Assembly: GCF_050920415.1 (NCBI RefSeq)
Contig: NZ_CP169309.1
Length of the DNA: 64,000 nucleotides
From: Escherichia coli
GTDB taxonomy: Bacteria; Pseudomonadota; Gammaproteobacteria; Enterobacterales; Enterobacteriaceae
Reading direction: 5' to 3' (one strand)
The position numbers and the translations under genes are program-made. Shown one piece after another: positions 44,160 to 55,951 of this stretch. Numbering within the stretch: position 1 is the first letter of the stretch; every line of letters begins with the position of its first letter. A model generated the notes under the pieces. It made no database searches. It was not told where the DNA came from and saw only the letters and a program-made list of their open reading frames with translations.

Positions 44160-45638
44160 ATGAGCTTACGTGAAAAAACCATCAGCGGCGCGAAATGGTC
44201 GGCGATTGCCACAGTAATCATCATCGGCCTCGGGCTGGTGCAGATGACCGTGCTGGCGCGGATTATCGACAACCACCAGTTCGGTTTGCTTACCGTGTCG
44301 CTGGTGATTATCGCGCTGGCAGACACGCTTTCTGACTTCGGCATCGCTAACTCGATTATTCAGCGAAAAGAAATCAGCCATCTTGAACTCACCACGCTTT
44401 ACTGGCTGAACGTCGGGCTGGGGATCGTGGTGTGCGTGGCGGTGTTTTTGTTGAGTGATGCCATTGGTGACGTGCTGAATAACCCGGATCTGGCACCGTT
44501 GATTAAAACATTGTCGCTGGCGTTTGTGGTGATCCCCCACGGGCAACAGTTTCGCGCGTTGATGCAAAAGGAGCTGGAGTTCAACAAAATCGGCATGATC
44601 GAAACCAGCGCGGTGCTGGCGGGCTTTACTTTTACGGTGGTTAGCGCCCATTTCTGGCCGCTGGCGATGACCGCGATCCTCGGTTATCTGGTCAATAGTG
44701 CGGTAAGAACGCTGCTGTTTGGCTACTATGGTCGAAAAATTTATCGCCCCGGTCTGCATTTCTCGCTGGCGTCTGTTGCGCCGAACTTACGCTTTGGTGC
44801 CTGGCTGACGGCGGACAGCATCATCAACTATCTCAACACCAACCTTTCAACGCTGGTGCTGGCGCGTATTCTCGGCGCGGGCGTGGCAGGGGGGTACAAC
44901 CTGGCGTACAACGTGGCCGTTGTGCCGCCGATGAAACTGAACCCGATCATCACCCGCGTGTTGTTTCCGGCGTTTGCCAAAATTCAGGACGACACCGAAA
45001 AGCTGCGCGTTAACTTCTACAAGCTGCTATCGGTGGTGGGGATTATCAATTTTCCGGCGCTGCTGGGGCTGATGGTGGTGTCGAATAACTTTGTACCGCT
45101 GGTCTTTGGTGAGAAGTGGAACAGCATTATTCCGGTGCTGCAATTGCTGTGTATTGTGGGGCTACTGCGCTCAGTGGGTAACCCGATTGGCTCGCTGCTG
45201 ATGGCGAAAGCGCGGGTGGATATCAGCTTTAAATTCAATGTATTCAAAACCTTTCTGTTTATTCCGGCGATTGTTATTGGCGGGCAGATGGCGGGCGCAA
45301 TCGGCGTCACGCTTGGTTTCCTGCTGGTGCAGATTATCAACACCATTCTGAGTTATTTCGTGATGATTAAACCGGTGCTCGGTTCCAGTTATCGCCAGTA
45401 CATCCTGAGTTTATGGCTGCCGTTTTATCTCTCGCTACCGACGCTGGTGTTCAGTTATGCGCTGGGCATTGTGCTGAAAGGACAACTGACGCTGGGGACG
45501 CTGCTGGCGGTGCAAATAGTCGCGGGCGTGCTGGCATTTGTGGTGATGATTGTGCTGTCGCGCCATCCGCTGGTGGTGGAAGTGAAGCGTCAGTTTTGTC
45601 GCAGCGAAAAAATGAAAATGCTTTTGCGGGCCGGGTGA
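44160..45638 (+). CDS. wzxC: Colanic acid repeat-unit flippase WzxC
   Basis: 492 aa polytopic membrane protein; position. Confidence 0.88.
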   Translation: MSLREKTISGAKWSAIATVIIIGLGLVQMTVLARIIDNHQFGLLTVSLVIIALADTLSDFGIANSIIQRKEISHLELTTLYWLNVGLGIVVCVAVFLLSDAIGDVLNNPDLAPLIKTLSLAFVVIPHGQQFRALMQKELEFNKIGMIETSAVLAGFTFTVVSAHFWPLAMTAILGYLVNSAVRTLLFGYYGRKIYRPGLHFSLASVAPNLRFGAWLTADSIINYLNTNLSTLVLARILGAGVAGGYNLAYNVAVVPPMKLNPIITRVLFPAFAKIQDDTEKLRVNFYKLLSVVGIINFPALLGLMVVSNNFVPLVFGEKWNSIIPVLQLLCIVGLLRSVGNPIGSLLMAKARVDISFKFNVFKTFLFIPAIVIGGQMAGAIGVTLGFLLVQIINTILSYFVMIKPVLGSSYRQYILSLWLPFYLSLPTLVFSYALGIVLKGQLTLGTLLAVQIVAGVLAFVVMIVLSRHPLVVEVKRQFCRSEKMKMLLRAG

Positions 45639-45710
45639 ATGGTTGTTTTCGGTTCCGACAACGAACACAACAAACACAGCCTCACCTGGCATCAAATTTA
45701 TGAGGAAAAA

Positions 45711-46991
45711 ATGAAATTACTGATTCTGGGCAACCACACTTGCGGCAATCGCGGCGACAGCGCCATCTTGCGCGGCCTACTTGATGCCATCAACATCCTC
45801 AACCCTCACGCCGAAGTGGACGTAATGAGCCGCTATCCGGTCAGTTCTTCCTGGCTGCTCAACCGCCCGGTAATGGGTGATCCGCTGTTCCTGCAAATGA
45901 AACAACACAACAGCGCGGCGGGCGTTGTCGGGCGCGTAAAAAAAGTCCTCCGTCGCCGCTACCAGCACCAGGTATTGCTCTCACGCGTCACCGACACCGG
46001 CAAGTTGCGTAATATCGCCATTGCCCAGGGATTCACTGACTTTGTGCGCCTGCTGTCAGGTTACGACGCCATTATTCAGGTCGGCGGATCGTTTTTTGTC
46101 GATCTCTACGGCGTGCCGCAGTTTGAACACGCGCTTTGCACGTTTATGGCGAAAAAGCCGCTGTTTATGATTGGTCACAGCGTCGGCCCGTTCCAGGATG
46201 AGCAATTTAACCAACTGGCAAACTACGTATTCGGGCACTGCGACGCGCTGATCCTGCGCGAATCGGTCAGCCTGGATCTAATGAAACGCAGCAATATCAC
46301 TACCGCAAAAGTTGAACATGGCGTCGATACCGCGTGGCTGGTCGATCACCACACCGAAGACTTCACCGCCAGCTATGCTGTTCAACACTGGCTGGATGTA
46401 GCCGCACAGCAGAAAACGGTGGCCATTACCCTGCGCGAACTGGCACCGTTCGACAAACGTCTCGGCACCACTCAACAAGCGTATGAAAAAGCCTTTGCCG
46501 GGGTGGTCAATCGCATTCTCGACGAAGGCTATCAGGTCATTGCGCTCTCCACCTGTACGGGCATCGACAGTTATAACAAAGACGACCGCATGGTGGCGCT
46601 CAACCTGCGTCAGCACATCAGCGATCCTGCCCGTTATCACGTGGTGATGGATGAGCTCAACGATCTGGAAATGGGCAAAATCCTCGGTGCCTGTGAACTC
46701 ACCGTCGGTACGCGCCTGCACTCTGCCATTATCTCGATGAATTTCTCCACTCCGGCAATTGCCATCAACTACGAACACAAATCCGCCGGGATTATGCAGC
46801 AGCTTGGGCTACCTGAGATGGCGATTGATATCCGTCATTTATTAGACGGCAGCCTGCAAGCGATGGTTGCGGATACCTTAGGCCAGCTTCCGGAGCTGAA
46901 TACACGACTTAACGAAGCCGTCAGTCGCGAACGCCAGGCAGGAATGCAGATGGTGCAATCTGTGCTCGAGCGCATCGGGGAGGCGAAATGA
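45711..46991 (+). CDS. wcaK: Colanic acid pyruvyl transferase WcaK
   Basis: ORF track frame starts at 45639; the likely start is ATG at 45711 (MKLLILGNHTCGNRGD...), 426 aa. Confidence 0.88.
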   Translation: MKLLILGNHTCGNRGDSAILRGLLDAINILNPHAEVDVMSRYPVSSSWLLNRPVMGDPLFLQMKQHNSAAGVVGRVKKVLRRRYQHQVLLSRVTDTGKLRNIAIAQGFTDFVRLLSGYDAIIQVGGSFFVDLYGVPQFEHALCTFMAKKPLFMIGHSVGPFQDEQFNQLANYVFGHCDALILRESVSLDLMKRSNITTAKVEHGVDTAWLVDHHTEDFTASYAVQHWLDVAAQQKTVAITLRELAPFDKRLGTTQQAYEKAFAGVVNRILDEGYQVIALSTCTGIDSYNKDDRMVALNLRQHISDPARYHVVMDELNDLEMGKILGACELTVGTRLHSAIISMNFSTPAIAINYEHKSAGIMQQLGLPEMAIDIRHLLDGSLQAMVADTLGQLPELNTRLNEAVSRERQAGMQMVQSVLERIGEAK

Positions 46992-48208
46992 AGGTCGGCT
47001 TCTTCTTATTGAAATTTCCGCTGTCGTCGGAAACCTTCGTTCTCAACCAAATCACTGCGTTTATTGATATGGGCTTTGAGGTGGAGATTGTCGCACTGCA
47101 AAAAGGCGATACGCAAAACACCCACGCGGCATGGACGAAATATAACCTTGCCGCCAGAACTAGCTGGTTACAGGACGAACCACAAGGCAAAGTGGCGAAA
47201 CTGCGCCACCGCGCCAGCCAGACCTTACGCGGCATTCATCGTAAAAATACCTGGCAGGCGCTCAACCTCAAACGCTATAGTGCTGAGTCGCGGAACCTGA
47301 TTTTGTCTGCCATTTGTGGTCAGGTCGCAACACCGTTTCATGCTGATGTGTTTATCGCACATTTTGGCCCTGCGGGGGTAACCGCAGCAAAACTACGGGA
47401 ACTGGGTGTCATTCGCGGCAAAATTGCCACTATCTTCCACGGCATTGATATCTCCAGTCGGGAAGTGCTCAACCATTACACTCCCGAATATCAACAACTG
47501 TTTCGCCGTGGCGATTTGATGCTACCGATTAGCGATCTGTGGGCCGCAAGGCTGCAAAAAATGGGCTGCCCGAGGGAAAAAATTGCCGTATCGCGCATGG
47601 GTGTAGACATGACGCGCTTTAGCCCGCGTCCGGTAAAAGCGCCTGCAACGCCGCTGGAAATCATTTCCGTCGCACGCTTAACCGAGAAAAAAGGCCTGCA
47701 TGTGGCGATCGAAGCCTGCCGTCAGTTGAAAGAGCAGGGCGTGGCATTTCGCTATCGCATCCTCGGCATTGGCCCGTGGGAACGACGCCTGCGCACCCTC
47801 ATCGAACAATATCAACTGGAAGATGTGGTAGAGATGCCGGGCTTTAAACCAAGCCACGAAGTGAAGGCGATGCTCGACGACGCGGATGTCTTCCTGTTGC
47901 CTTCGGTAACGGGTGCTGACGGTGATATGGAAGGTATTCCGGTGGCGCTAATGGAAGCGATGGCAGTCGGTATTCCGGTTGTTTCTACTCTGCATAGCGG
48001 AATTCCGGAACTGGTGGAGGCCGATAAATCCGGCTGGCTGGTGCCTGAGAACGATGCTCGTGCACTGGCGCAACGTCTGGCGGCGTTTAGCCAGCTGGAC
48101 ACCGACGAACTTACTACGGTTGTCAAACGTGCGCGCGAAAAAGTCGAACACGATTTTAACCAGCAGGTGATTAACCGAGAACTCGCCAGCTTGTTGCAGG
48201 CTTTATAG
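46988..48208 (+). CDS. wcaL: Colanic acid glycosyltransferase WcaL
   Basis: 406 aa; GT1/GT4-like; position. Confidence 0.88.
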   Translation: MKVGFFLLKFPLSSETFVLNQITAFIDMGFEVEIVALQKGDTQNTHAAWTKYNLAARTSWLQDEPQGKVAKLRHRASQTLRGIHRKNTWQALNLKRYSAESRNLILSAICGQVATPFHADVFIAHFGPAGVTAAKLRELGVIRGKIATIFHGIDISSREVLNHYTPEYQQLFRRGDLMLPISDLWAARLQKMGCPREKIAVSRMGVDMTRFSPRPVKAPATPLEIISVARLTEKKGLHVAIEACRQLKEQGVAFRYRILGIGPWERRLRTLIEQYQLEDVVEMPGFKPSHEVKAMLDDADVFLLPSVTGADGDMEGIPVALMEAMAVGIPVVSTLHSGIPELVEADKSGWLVPENDARALAQRLAAFSQLDTDELTTVVKRAREKVEHDFNQQVINRELASLLQAL

Positions 48209-48218
48209 AGGAGAACGC

Positions 48219-49613
48219 ATGCCATTTAAAAAACTCTCCCGACGCACCTTCCTGACGGCAAGCTCGGTGCTTGCCTTCCTCCATACCCCTTTCGCTCGCG
48301 CACTTCCTGCCCGACAAAGCGTCAATATCAACGACTACAATCCACACGACTGGATCGCCTCATTTAAACAAGCCTTCAGCGAAGGGCAAACGGTCGTCGT
48401 GCCTGCCGGATTGGTTTGCGACAATATCAACACTGGCATCTTCATCCCCCCTGGCAAAACGTTACACATCCTGGGAAGCCTGCGCGGCAACGGCAGAGGG
48501 CGATTTGTCTTACAGGACGGCAGCCAGGTGACAGGGGAGAAGGGCGGCAGTATGCATAACATCACCCTGGATGTGCGCGGTTCTGACTGCACCATCAAAG
48601 GGCTGGCGATGAGCGGCTTTGGCCCGGTAACGCAGATTTATATCGGTGGCAAAAACAAACGGGTCATGCGCAACCTGACCATCAATAACCTCACCGTTAG
48701 CCACGCTAACTACGCTATCTTACGCCAGGGATTTCATAACCAGATTATCGGTGCCAACATCACCAACTGTAAGTTCAGCGACTTACAGGGCGACGCCATT
48801 GAATGGAACGTGGCAATTAACGACAGTGATATTTTGATCTCCGACCATGTCATCGAGCGCATCAACTGTACTAACGGCAAAATCAACTGGGGCATTGGCA
48901 TAGGCCTTGCGGGAAGCACTTACGATAATAATTACCCGGAAGATCAGGCAGTGAAAAACTTTGTCGTGGCGAATATCACGGGATCGGATTGTCGGCAGTT
49001 GATACATGTTGAAAATGGTAAACATTTTGTTATTCGTAATATCAAAGCCCGCAATATCACGCCGGATTTCAGTAAGAAAGCAGGCATTGATAACGCCACA
49101 GTCGCTATTTACGGTTGTGACAATTTCGTGATTGATAATATTGAAATGATTAATAGCGCCGGGATGTTAATCGGCTATGGGGTAATTAAAGGCAAATATC
49201 TCTCGATACCGCAAAATTTCCGAGTGAATAATATTCAGCTGGATAACACCTACCTTGCTTACAAATTGCGCGGCATCCAAATCTCTGCCGGGAATGCCGT
49301 CTCCTTTGTGGCACTGACTAACATTGAGATGAAGCGTGCGTCGCTTGAGCTACACAATAAACCGCAACACCTTTTTATGCGAAATATCAATGTGATGCAG
49401 GAATCCTCTGTTGGACCTGCATTGAGCATGAACTTCGACATGCGCAAAGACATTCGTGGCGTCTTTATGGCGAAAAAAGAAACACTGCTGTCTCTTGCAA
49501 ATGTTCATGCGGTGAATGAAAGAGGGCAAAGCTCCGTCGATATCGACAGGATAAATCACCATATTGTTAATGTGGAAAAGATTAACTTTAGATTGCCGGA
49601 ACGGAGGGAGTAG
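48219..49613 (+). CDS. wcaM: Colanic acid biosynthesis protein WcaM (secreted, beta-helix-like)
   Basis: 464 aa; signal-like N-terminus; position. Confidence 0.85.
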   Translation: MPFKKLSRRTFLTASSVLAFLHTPFARALPARQSVNINDYNPHDWIASFKQAFSEGQTVVVPAGLVCDNINTGIFIPPGKTLHILGSLRGNGRGRFVLQDGSQVTGEKGGSMHNITLDVRGSDCTIKGLAMSGFGPVTQIYIGGKNKRVMRNLTINNLTVSHANYAILRQGFHNQIIGANITNCKFSDLQGDAIEWNVAINDSDILISDHVIERINCTNGKINWGIGIGLAGSTYDNNYPEDQAVKNFVVANITGSDCRQLIHVENGKHFVIRNIKARNITPDFSKKAGIDNATVAIYGCDNFVIDNIEMINSAGMLIGYGVIKGKYLSIPQNFRVNNIQLDNTYLAYKLRGIQISAGNAVSFVALTNIEMKRASLELHNKPQHLFMRNINVMQESSVGPALSMNFDMRKDIRGVFMAKKETLLSLANVHAVNERGQSSVDIDRINHHIVNVEKINFRLPERRE

Positions 49614-49787
49614 ATTTGCGACCATTCCTGGAAAAATGGAGCCATACTTAGGAACAATGCTACTGCAATCCACAACGAAGCGGCGTAACATCACAAGTAA
49701 TTCAGTAATCAATTCAGGGTAATTGATGCTGGCGAAAAAAATCGAACAAGCTATAATTCAGCAACCATTTTACAGGTGGATGAAATA

Positions 49788-50681
49788 ATGACGAATTTAA
49801 AAGCAGTTATTCCTGTAGCGGGTCTTGGGATGCATATGTTGCCTGCCACTAAGGCGATTCCCAAAGAGATGCTACCGATCGTCGACAAGCCAATGATTCA
49901 GTACATTGTTGACGAGATTGTGGCTGCAGGGATCAAAGAAATCCTCCTGGTAACTCACGCGTCCAAGAACGCGGTCGAAAACCACTTCGACACCTCGTAT
50001 GAATTAGAATCTCTCCTTGAGCAGCGCGTGAAGCGTCAACTGCTGGCGGAAGTTCAGTCCATCTGCCCGCCGGGCGTGACCATTATGAACGTGCGTCAGG
50101 GCGAACCTTTAGGTTTAGGCCACTCCATTTTATGTGCACGACCCGCCATTGGTGACAATCCATTTGTCGTGGTACTGCCAGACGTTGTGATCGACGACGC
50201 GAGTGCCGATCCGCTGCGTTACAACCTTGCTGCCATGATTGCGCGCTTCAATGAAACAGGCCGTAGCCAGGTGCTGGCAAAACGTATGCCGGGTGACCTC
50301 TCTGAATACTCGGTCATCCAGACCAAAGAACCGCTGGATCGCGAAGGTAAAGTCAGCCGCATTGTTGAATTCATCGAAAAACCGGATCAGCCGCAAACAC
50401 TGGACTCAGACATCATGGCCGTTGGTCGCTATGTGCTTTCTGCCGATATTTGGCCGGAACTTGAACGCACTCAGCCTGGTGCATGGGGACGTATTCAACT
50501 GACTGATGCCATCGCTGAACTGGCGAAAAAACAGTCCGTTGATGCCATGCTGATGACAGGTGACAGCTACGACTGCGGTAAAAAAATGGGTTATATGCAG
50601 GCATTTGTGAAGTATGGACTACGCAACCTCAAAGAAGGGGCGAAGTTCCGTAAAGGGATTGAGAAGCTGTTAAGCGAATAA
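49788..50681 (+). CDS. galF: UTP-glucose-1-phosphate uridylyltransferase paralog GalF
   Basis: ORF track frame starts at 49776; the likely start is ATG at 49788 ([30 protein letters not shown]), 297 aa. Confidence 0.92.
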   Translation: MTNLKAVIPVAGLGMHMLPATKAIPKEMLPIVDKPMIQYIVDEIVAAGIKEILLVTHASKNAVENHFDTSYELESLLEQRVKRQLLAEVQSICPPGVTIMNVRQGEPLGLGHSILCARPAIGDNPFVVVLPDVVIDDASADPLRYNLAAMIARFNETGRSQVLAKRMPGDLSEYSVIQTKEPLDREGKVSRIVEFIEKPDQPQTLDSDIMAVGRYVLSADIWPELERTQPGAWGRIQLTDAIAELAKKQSVDAMLMTGDSYDCGKKMGYMQAFVKYGLRNLKEGAKFRKGIEKLLSE

Positions 50682-50939
50682 TGAAAATCTGACCGGATGT
50701 AACGGTTGATAAGAAAATTATAACGGCAGTGAAGATTCGTGGCGAAAGTAATTTGTTGCGAATATTCCTGCCGTTGTTTTATATAAACAATCAGAATAAC
50801 AACGAGTTAGCAATAGGATTTTAGTCAAAGTTTTCCAGGATTTTCCTTGTTTCCAGAGCGGATTGGTAAGACAATTAGCGTTTGAATTTTTCGGGTTTAG
50901 CGCGAGTGGGTAACGCTCGTCACATCGTAGGCATGCATG

Positions 50940-50978
50940 CAGTACTCTGGTAGCTGTAAAGCCAGGGGCGGTAGCGTG
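50940..50978 (+). promoter_or_regulatory. JUMPstart element with ops (GGCGGTAGCGTG) upstream of the O-antigen operon
   Basis: cagtactctggtagctgtaaagccaggggcggtagcgtg; ops at 50967..50978; ~75 bp upstream of rmlB. Confidence 0.75.
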
Positions 50979-51052
50979 CATTAATACCTCTATTAATCAA
51001 ATCTGGAGCAGTCTATTTCACAGCATGCTCTCTGGCTATATGGAATAAAAAA

Positions 51053-52138
51053 GTGAAGATACTTGTTACTGGTGGCGCAGGATTTATTGGTTCTGCTGTT
51101 GTTCGTCACATAATAAATAATACGCAAGATAGTGTTGTTAATGTCGATAAATTAACCTACGCCGGAAATCTGGAATCGCTCGCTGAAATTTCTGATTCTG
51201 AACGTTATTCATTTGAGCATGCAGATATCTGTGATGCCGCAGCGATGGCTCGTATTTTTTCACAACACCAGCCAGATGCGGTAATGCACCTGGCGGCTGA
51301 GAGCCACGTTGACCGCTCAATAACTGGTCCGGCGGCATTCATTGAAACTAATATTGTAGGTACTTACGTACTTTTAGAAGCAGCGCGCAATTATTGGTCT
51401 GGTCTGGATGATGAAAAGAAAAAAAACTTTCGCTTTCATCATATTTCTACTGATGAAGTGTATGGTGACTTACCCCATCCGGATGAAGTAAATAGCAATG
51501 AAACATTGCCGTTATTTACGGAAACGACAGCATACGCGCCAAGTAGTCCATATTCTGCTTCTAAAGCGTCAAGCGATCATTTGGTTCGCGCATGGAAACG
51601 TACTTATGGTTTACCGACAATCGTGACTAATTGCTCGAACAACTATGGCCCTTATCATTTCCCGGAAAAGCTTATTCCACTGGTTATTCTTAATGCACTG
51701 GAAGGTAAGGCATTACCTATTTATGGCAAAGGAGATCAAATTCGCGACTGGTTGTATGTAGAGGATCATGCTCGTGCGCTATATACCGTAGTTACTGAAG
51801 GTAAAGCGGGTGAAACCTATAACATTGGCGGACACAACGAAAAGAAAAACATCGATGTTGTGCTGACTATTTGTGATTTGTTGGATGAGATAGTCCCGAA
51901 AGAGAAATCTTATCGTGAGCAAATTACTTATGTTGCTGATCGCCCAGGACACGATCGCCGTTATGCGATTGATGCTGAGAAGATTAGTCGCGAATTGGGT
52001 TGGAAACCACAGGAAACGTTTGAGAGCGGGATTCGGAAGACAGTAGAATGGTACCTGTCCAATACAAAATGGGTTGATAATGTGAAAAGTGGCGCCTATC
52101 AATCGTGGATTGAACAAAACTATGAGGGACGCCAGTAA
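51053..52138 (+). CDS. rmlB: dTDP-glucose 4,6-dehydratase
   Basis: 361 aa; [35 protein letters not shown]. Confidence 0.93.
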   Translation: MKILVTGGAGFIGSAVVRHIINNTQDSVVNVDKLTYAGNLESLAEISDSERYSFEHADICDAAAMARIFSQHQPDAVMHLAAESHVDRSITGPAAFIETNIVGTYVLLEAARNYWSGLDDEKKKNFRFHHISTDEVYGDLPHPDEVNSNETLPLFTETTAYAPSSPYSASKASSDHLVRAWKRTYGLPTIVTNCSNNYGPYHFPEKLIPLVILNALEGKALPIYGKGDQIRDWLYVEDHARALYTVVTEGKAGETYNIGGHNEKKNIDVVLTICDLLDEIVPKEKSYREQITYVADRPGHDRRYAIDAEKISRELGWKPQETFESGIRKTVEWYLSNTKWVDNVKSGAYQSWIEQNYEGRQ

Positions 52139-53037
52139 TGAATATCCTCCTATTCGGCAAAACAGGGCAGGTAGGTTGGGAACTACAGCGTGCTCTGGCA
52201 CCTCTGGGTAATTTGATTGCTCTTGATGTTCACTCCACTGATTATTGTGGTGATTTTAGTAATCCTGAAGGTGTAGCTGAAACCGTAAGAAGCATTCGGC
52301 CTGATATTATTGTCAACGCAGCCGCTCACACCGCAGTTGACAAAGCAGAATCAGAACCGGAGTTTGCACAATTACTTAACGCGACAAGTGTCGAAGCGAT
52401 TGCGAAAGCAGCCAATGAAGTCGGCTCCTGGGTTATTCACTACTCTACTGACTACGTATTTCCGGGAACCGGTGAAATACCATGGCAGGAGGCGGATGCA
52501 ACCGCACCGCTAAATGTTTACGGTGAAACCAAGTTAGCCGGAGAAAAAGCATTACAAGAGCATTGTGTGAAGCACCTTATTTTCCGGACCAGCTGGGTCT
52601 ATGCAGGTAAAGGAAATAACTTCGCCAAAACGATGTTACGTCTGGCAAAAGAGCGTGAAGAATTGGCCGTTATTAACGATCAGTTTGGTGCGCCAACAGG
52701 TGCTGAGCTGCTGGCTGATTGTACAGCACATGCCATTCGTGTCGCACTGAATAAACCAGAAGTCGCAGGCTTGTACCATTTGGTAGCCAGTGGTACCACA
52801 ACCTGGCACGATTATGCTGCGCTGGTTTTTGAAGAGGCGCGCAAAGCAGGCATTCCCCTCGCACTCAACAAACTCAATGCGGTACCAACAACAGCCTATC
52901 CTACACCAGCTCGTCGTCCACATAACTCTCGCCTTAATACAGAAAAATTTCAGCAGAACTTTGCGCTTGTCTTGCCTGACTGGCAGGTTGGCGTGAAACG
53001 CATGCTCAACGAATTATTTACGACTACAGCAATTTAA
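52138..53037 (+). CDS. rmlD: dTDP-4-dehydrorhamnose reductase
   Basis: 299 aa; [20 protein letters not shown]. Confidence 0.92.
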   Translation: MNILLFGKTGQVGWELQRALAPLGNLIALDVHSTDYCGDFSNPEGVAETVRSIRPDIIVNAAAHTAVDKAESEPEFAQLLNATSVEAIAKAANEVGSWVIHYSTDYVFPGTGEIPWQEADATAPLNVYGETKLAGEKALQEHCVKHLIFRTSWVYAGKGNNFAKTMLRLAKEREELAVINDQFGAPTGAELLADCTAHAIRVALNKPEVAGLYHLVASGTTTWHDYAALVFEEARKAGIPLALNKLNAVPTTAYPTPARRPHNSRLNTEKFQQNFALVLPDWQVGVKRMLNELFTTTAI

Positions 53038-53094
53038 TAGTTTTTGCATCTTGTTCGTGATGGTGGAACAAGATGAATTAAAAGGAATGATGAA

Positions 53095-53970
53095 ATGAAA
53101 ACGCGTAAAGGTATTATTTTAGCAGGTGGTTCTGGTACTCGTCTTTATCCTGTGACTATGGCAGTCAGTAAACAGCTGTTACCTATTTATGATAAACCGA
53201 TGATCTATTACCCGCTCTCTACACTGATGTTGGCGGGTATTCGCGATATTCTAATTATAAGTACGCCACAGGATACTCCTCGTTTTCAACAACTGCTGGG
53301 TGACGGGAGTCAGTGGGGCCTTAATCTTCAGTACAAAGTGCAACCGAGCCCAGATGGTCTTGCGCAGGCATTTATCATCGGTAAAGAGTTTATCGGTAGT
53401 GATGATTGTGCTCTGGTTCTCGGTGATAATATCTTCTACGGTCACGATCTGCCGAAGTTAATGGATGCCGCTGTTAACAAAGAAAGTGGTGCAACGGTAT
53501 TTGCCTATCACGTTAATGATCCTGAACGCTATGGTGTCGTTGAGTTTGACAAAAACGGTACGGCAATTAGCCTGGAAGAAAAACCGCTACAGCCAAAAAG
53601 TAATTATGCGGTAACTGGGCTTTATTTCTATGATAACGACGTTGTAGAAATGGCAAAAAATCTTAAGCCATCTGCCCGAGGTGAACTGGAAATTACCGAT
53701 ATTAATCGTATCTATATGGAACAGGGGCGTTTGTCTGTCGCTATGATGGGGCGTGGTTATGCATGGCTGGATACAGGGACGCATCAAAGCCTTATTGAAG
53801 CAAGTAACTTCATTGCCACCATTGAAGAGCGTCAGGGATTAAAAGTATCTTGCCCGGAAGAGATTGCTTATCGTAAAGGGTTTATTGATGCTGAGCAGGT
53901 AAAAGTATTAGCCGAACCGCTTATCAAGAATCAATATGGTCAATATTTGCTGAAAATGATCAGCGAATAG
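53095..53970 (+). CDS. rmlA: Glucose-1-phosphate thymidylyltransferase
   Basis: 291 aa; [16 protein letters not shown]. Confidence 0.93.
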   Translation: MKTRKGIILAGGSGTRLYPVTMAVSKQLLPIYDKPMIYYPLSTLMLAGIRDILIISTPQDTPRFQQLLGDGSQWGLNLQYKVQPSPDGLAQAFIIGKEFIGSDDCALVLGDNIFYGHDLPKLMDAAVNKESGATVFAYHVNDPERYGVVEFDKNGTAISLEEKPLQPKSNYAVTGLYFYDNDVVEMAKNLKPSARGELEITDINRIYMEQGRLSVAMMGRGYAWLDTGTHQSLIEASNFIATIEERQGLKVSCPEEIAYRKGFIDAEQVKVLAEPLIKNQYGQYLLKMISE

Positions 53971-53984
53971 TATGTGGGAACTCA

Positions 53985-54398
53985 ATGATGGATATTAAAT
54001 TAATCTCTTTGCAAAAACATGGGGATGAGCGTGGTGCATTAATTGCTCTTGAAGAGCAACGAAATATACCTTTCGAAGTCAAAAGAATATATTACATACT
54101 CGAGACTCTTAAGGGAGTAAGACGCGGATTTCATGCGCACAAGGTTACTCGTCAGTTAGCTATTGTAGTCAAGGGAGCTTGTAAATTTCATCTGGATAAT
54201 GGTAAAGAAACAAAGCAGGTGGAACTTAATGATCCAACAATTGCGTTGCTGATAGAACCCTATATATGGCATGAAATGTATGATTTTAGTGATGATTGTG
54301 TGCTGCTTGTAATTGCGGATGATTTCTATAAAGAGTCTGATTATATACGCAATTATGATGATTTTATTAGAAGAGTAAATTCAATTGAGAATTCATAA
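53985..54398 (+). CDS. fdtA: dTDP-4-keto-6-deoxyglucose 3,4-isomerase (FdtA/QdtA-type, WxcM-like cupin)
   Basis: 137 aa; [13 protein letters not shown]...[11 protein letters not shown]...RGFHAHK is typical of FdtA-type isomerases. FdtA versus QdtA cannot be separated by eye. Confidence 0.7.
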   Translation: MMDIKLISLQKHGDERGALIALEEQRNIPFEVKRIYYILETLKGVRRGFHAHKVTRQLAIVVKGACKFHLDNGKETKQVELNDPTIALLIEPYIWHEMYDFSDDCVLLVIADDFYKESDYIRNYDDFIRRVNSIENS

Positions 54399-54852
54399 GC
54401 TAAGTGACGTCCAGACAACATCAATTGGTGATGGAACAACTATCTGGCAGTTTGTTGTAATACTAAAAGGTGCTGTAATTGGTAATAATTGCAACATCTG
54501 TGCAAATACCTTGATTGAAAATAACGTTGTAATTGGTAACAATGTCACAGTCAAAAGCGGTGTGTATATTTGGGATGGCGTTAAAATAGAGGATAATGTT
54601 TTTATTGGTCCTTGTGTAGCATTTACAAATGATAAGTATCCTCGCTCTAAAGTCTATCCTGATGAATTTTTGCACACAATAATACGCAAAGGAGCATCAA
54701 TAGGTGCTAATGCAACCATCCTGCCAGGAATTGAAATTGGTGAAAAAGCAATCGTTGGTGCGGGGAGTGTCGTAACCAAAAATGTACCGCCATGCGCAAT
54801 AGTAGTAGGTAATCCAGCTCGATTTATTAAATGGGTAGAGGATAATGAATAA
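54385..54852 (+). CDS. fdtC: dTDP-3-amino-3,6-dideoxyhexose N-acetyltransferase (hexapeptide repeat, FdtC-like)
   Basis: 155 aa; hexapeptide repeats (IGNNCNI..., IGNNVTV..., IGANATI...); lies between the isomerase and the aminotransferase. Confidence 0.65.
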   Translation: MRIHKLSDVQTTSIGDGTTIWQFVVILKGAVIGNNCNICANTLIENNVVIGNNVTVKSGVYIWDGVKIEDNVFIGPCVAFTNDKYPRSKVYPDEFLHTIIRKGASIGANATILPGIEIGEKAIVGAGSVVTKNVPPCAIVVGNPARFIKWVEDNE

Positions 54853-55951
54853 AATTGATTTTTTAGATCTTTTTGCAATTAACCAGCGACAGCACAAAGA
54901 ATTAGTCTCTGCGTTTAGTAGGGTGCTAGATTCTGGTTGGTATATCATGGGCGAAGAACTTGAGCAGTTCGAGAAAGAGTTCGCAGAATACTGTGGAGTT
55001 AAGTATTGCATTGGTGTAGCAAATGGCCTTGATGCGTTGATACTAGTATTGAGGGCATGGAAAGAACTCGGCTATCTAGAAGACGGTGACGAGGTATTAG
55101 TACCGGCAAATACATATATTGCTTCTATTCTTGCTATAACAGAGAACAAACTTGTTCCTGTTCTTGTTGAACCAGATATAGAAACTTATAATATTAATCC
55201 TGCTTTAATTGAAAATTACATTACGGAAAAAACTAAAGCAATATTACCGGTTCACTTATATGGTCTATTGTGCAATATGCCAGAAATTAGTGCAATCGCA
55301 AGAAAATATAATCTGTTGATTCTTGAAGATTGTGCACAAGCACATGGTGCAATACGTGATGGTCGCAAAGCTGGAGCTTGGGGGGATGCTGCAGGATTTA
55401 GTTTTTATCCAGGAAAAAACCTTGGAGCTTTGGGGGATGCGGGAGCTGTTACTACAAATAATGCAGAATTATCCTCAACTATAAAAGCTTTGCGAAATTA
55501 TGGGTCACATAAGAAATATGAAAATATTTATCAGGGATTGAATAGTCGATTGGATGAACTGCAAGCAGCCTTATTGCGTGTAAAAATCCATACATTACCG
55601 GAAGATACTGCGATTCGGCAAAGGATTGCTGAAAAATATATTCGTGAAATAAAAAACCCTGCGATTACGTTACCAGTGTACGAAGGCCAAGGTGCGCACG
55701 TTTGGCATTTATTTGTAGTAAGAATCGCTAATCGTGAAAAATTCCAGTCATACTTATCAGAGAAGGGTATCCAAACCTTAATTCACTATCCATTACCACC
55801 CCATAAGCAGCAAGCATATCAAAATATGTCTAGTCTTAGCCTTCCAATTACTGAGCAAATTCATGATGAAGTCATTTCTTTACCTATAAGTCCGGTAATG
55901 AGTGAAGATGATGTCAATTATGTAATCAAAGTGGTCAATGATTACAAGTAA
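54845..55951 (+). CDS. fdtB: dTDP-3-keto-6-deoxyhexose 3-aminotransferase (DegT/DnrJ/EryC1 family, FdtB-like)
   Basis: 368 aa; PLP-aminotransferase family features; gene context. Confidence 0.7.
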   Translation: MNKIDFLDLFAINQRQHKELVSAFSRVLDSGWYIMGEELEQFEKEFAEYCGVKYCIGVANGLDALILVLRAWKELGYLEDGDEVLVPANTYIASILAITENKLVPVLVEPDIETYNINPALIENYITEKTKAILPVHLYGLLCNMPEISAIARKYNLLILEDCAQAHGAIRDGRKAGAWGDAAGFSFYPGKNLGALGDAGAVTTNNAELSSTIKALRNYGSHKKYENIYQGLNSRLDELQAALLRVKIHTLPEDTAIRQRIAEKYIREIKNPAITLPVYEGQGAHVWHLFVVRIANREKFQSYLSEKGIQTLIHYPLPPHKQQAYQNMSSLSLPITEQIHDEVISLPISPVMSEDDVNYVIKVVNDYK

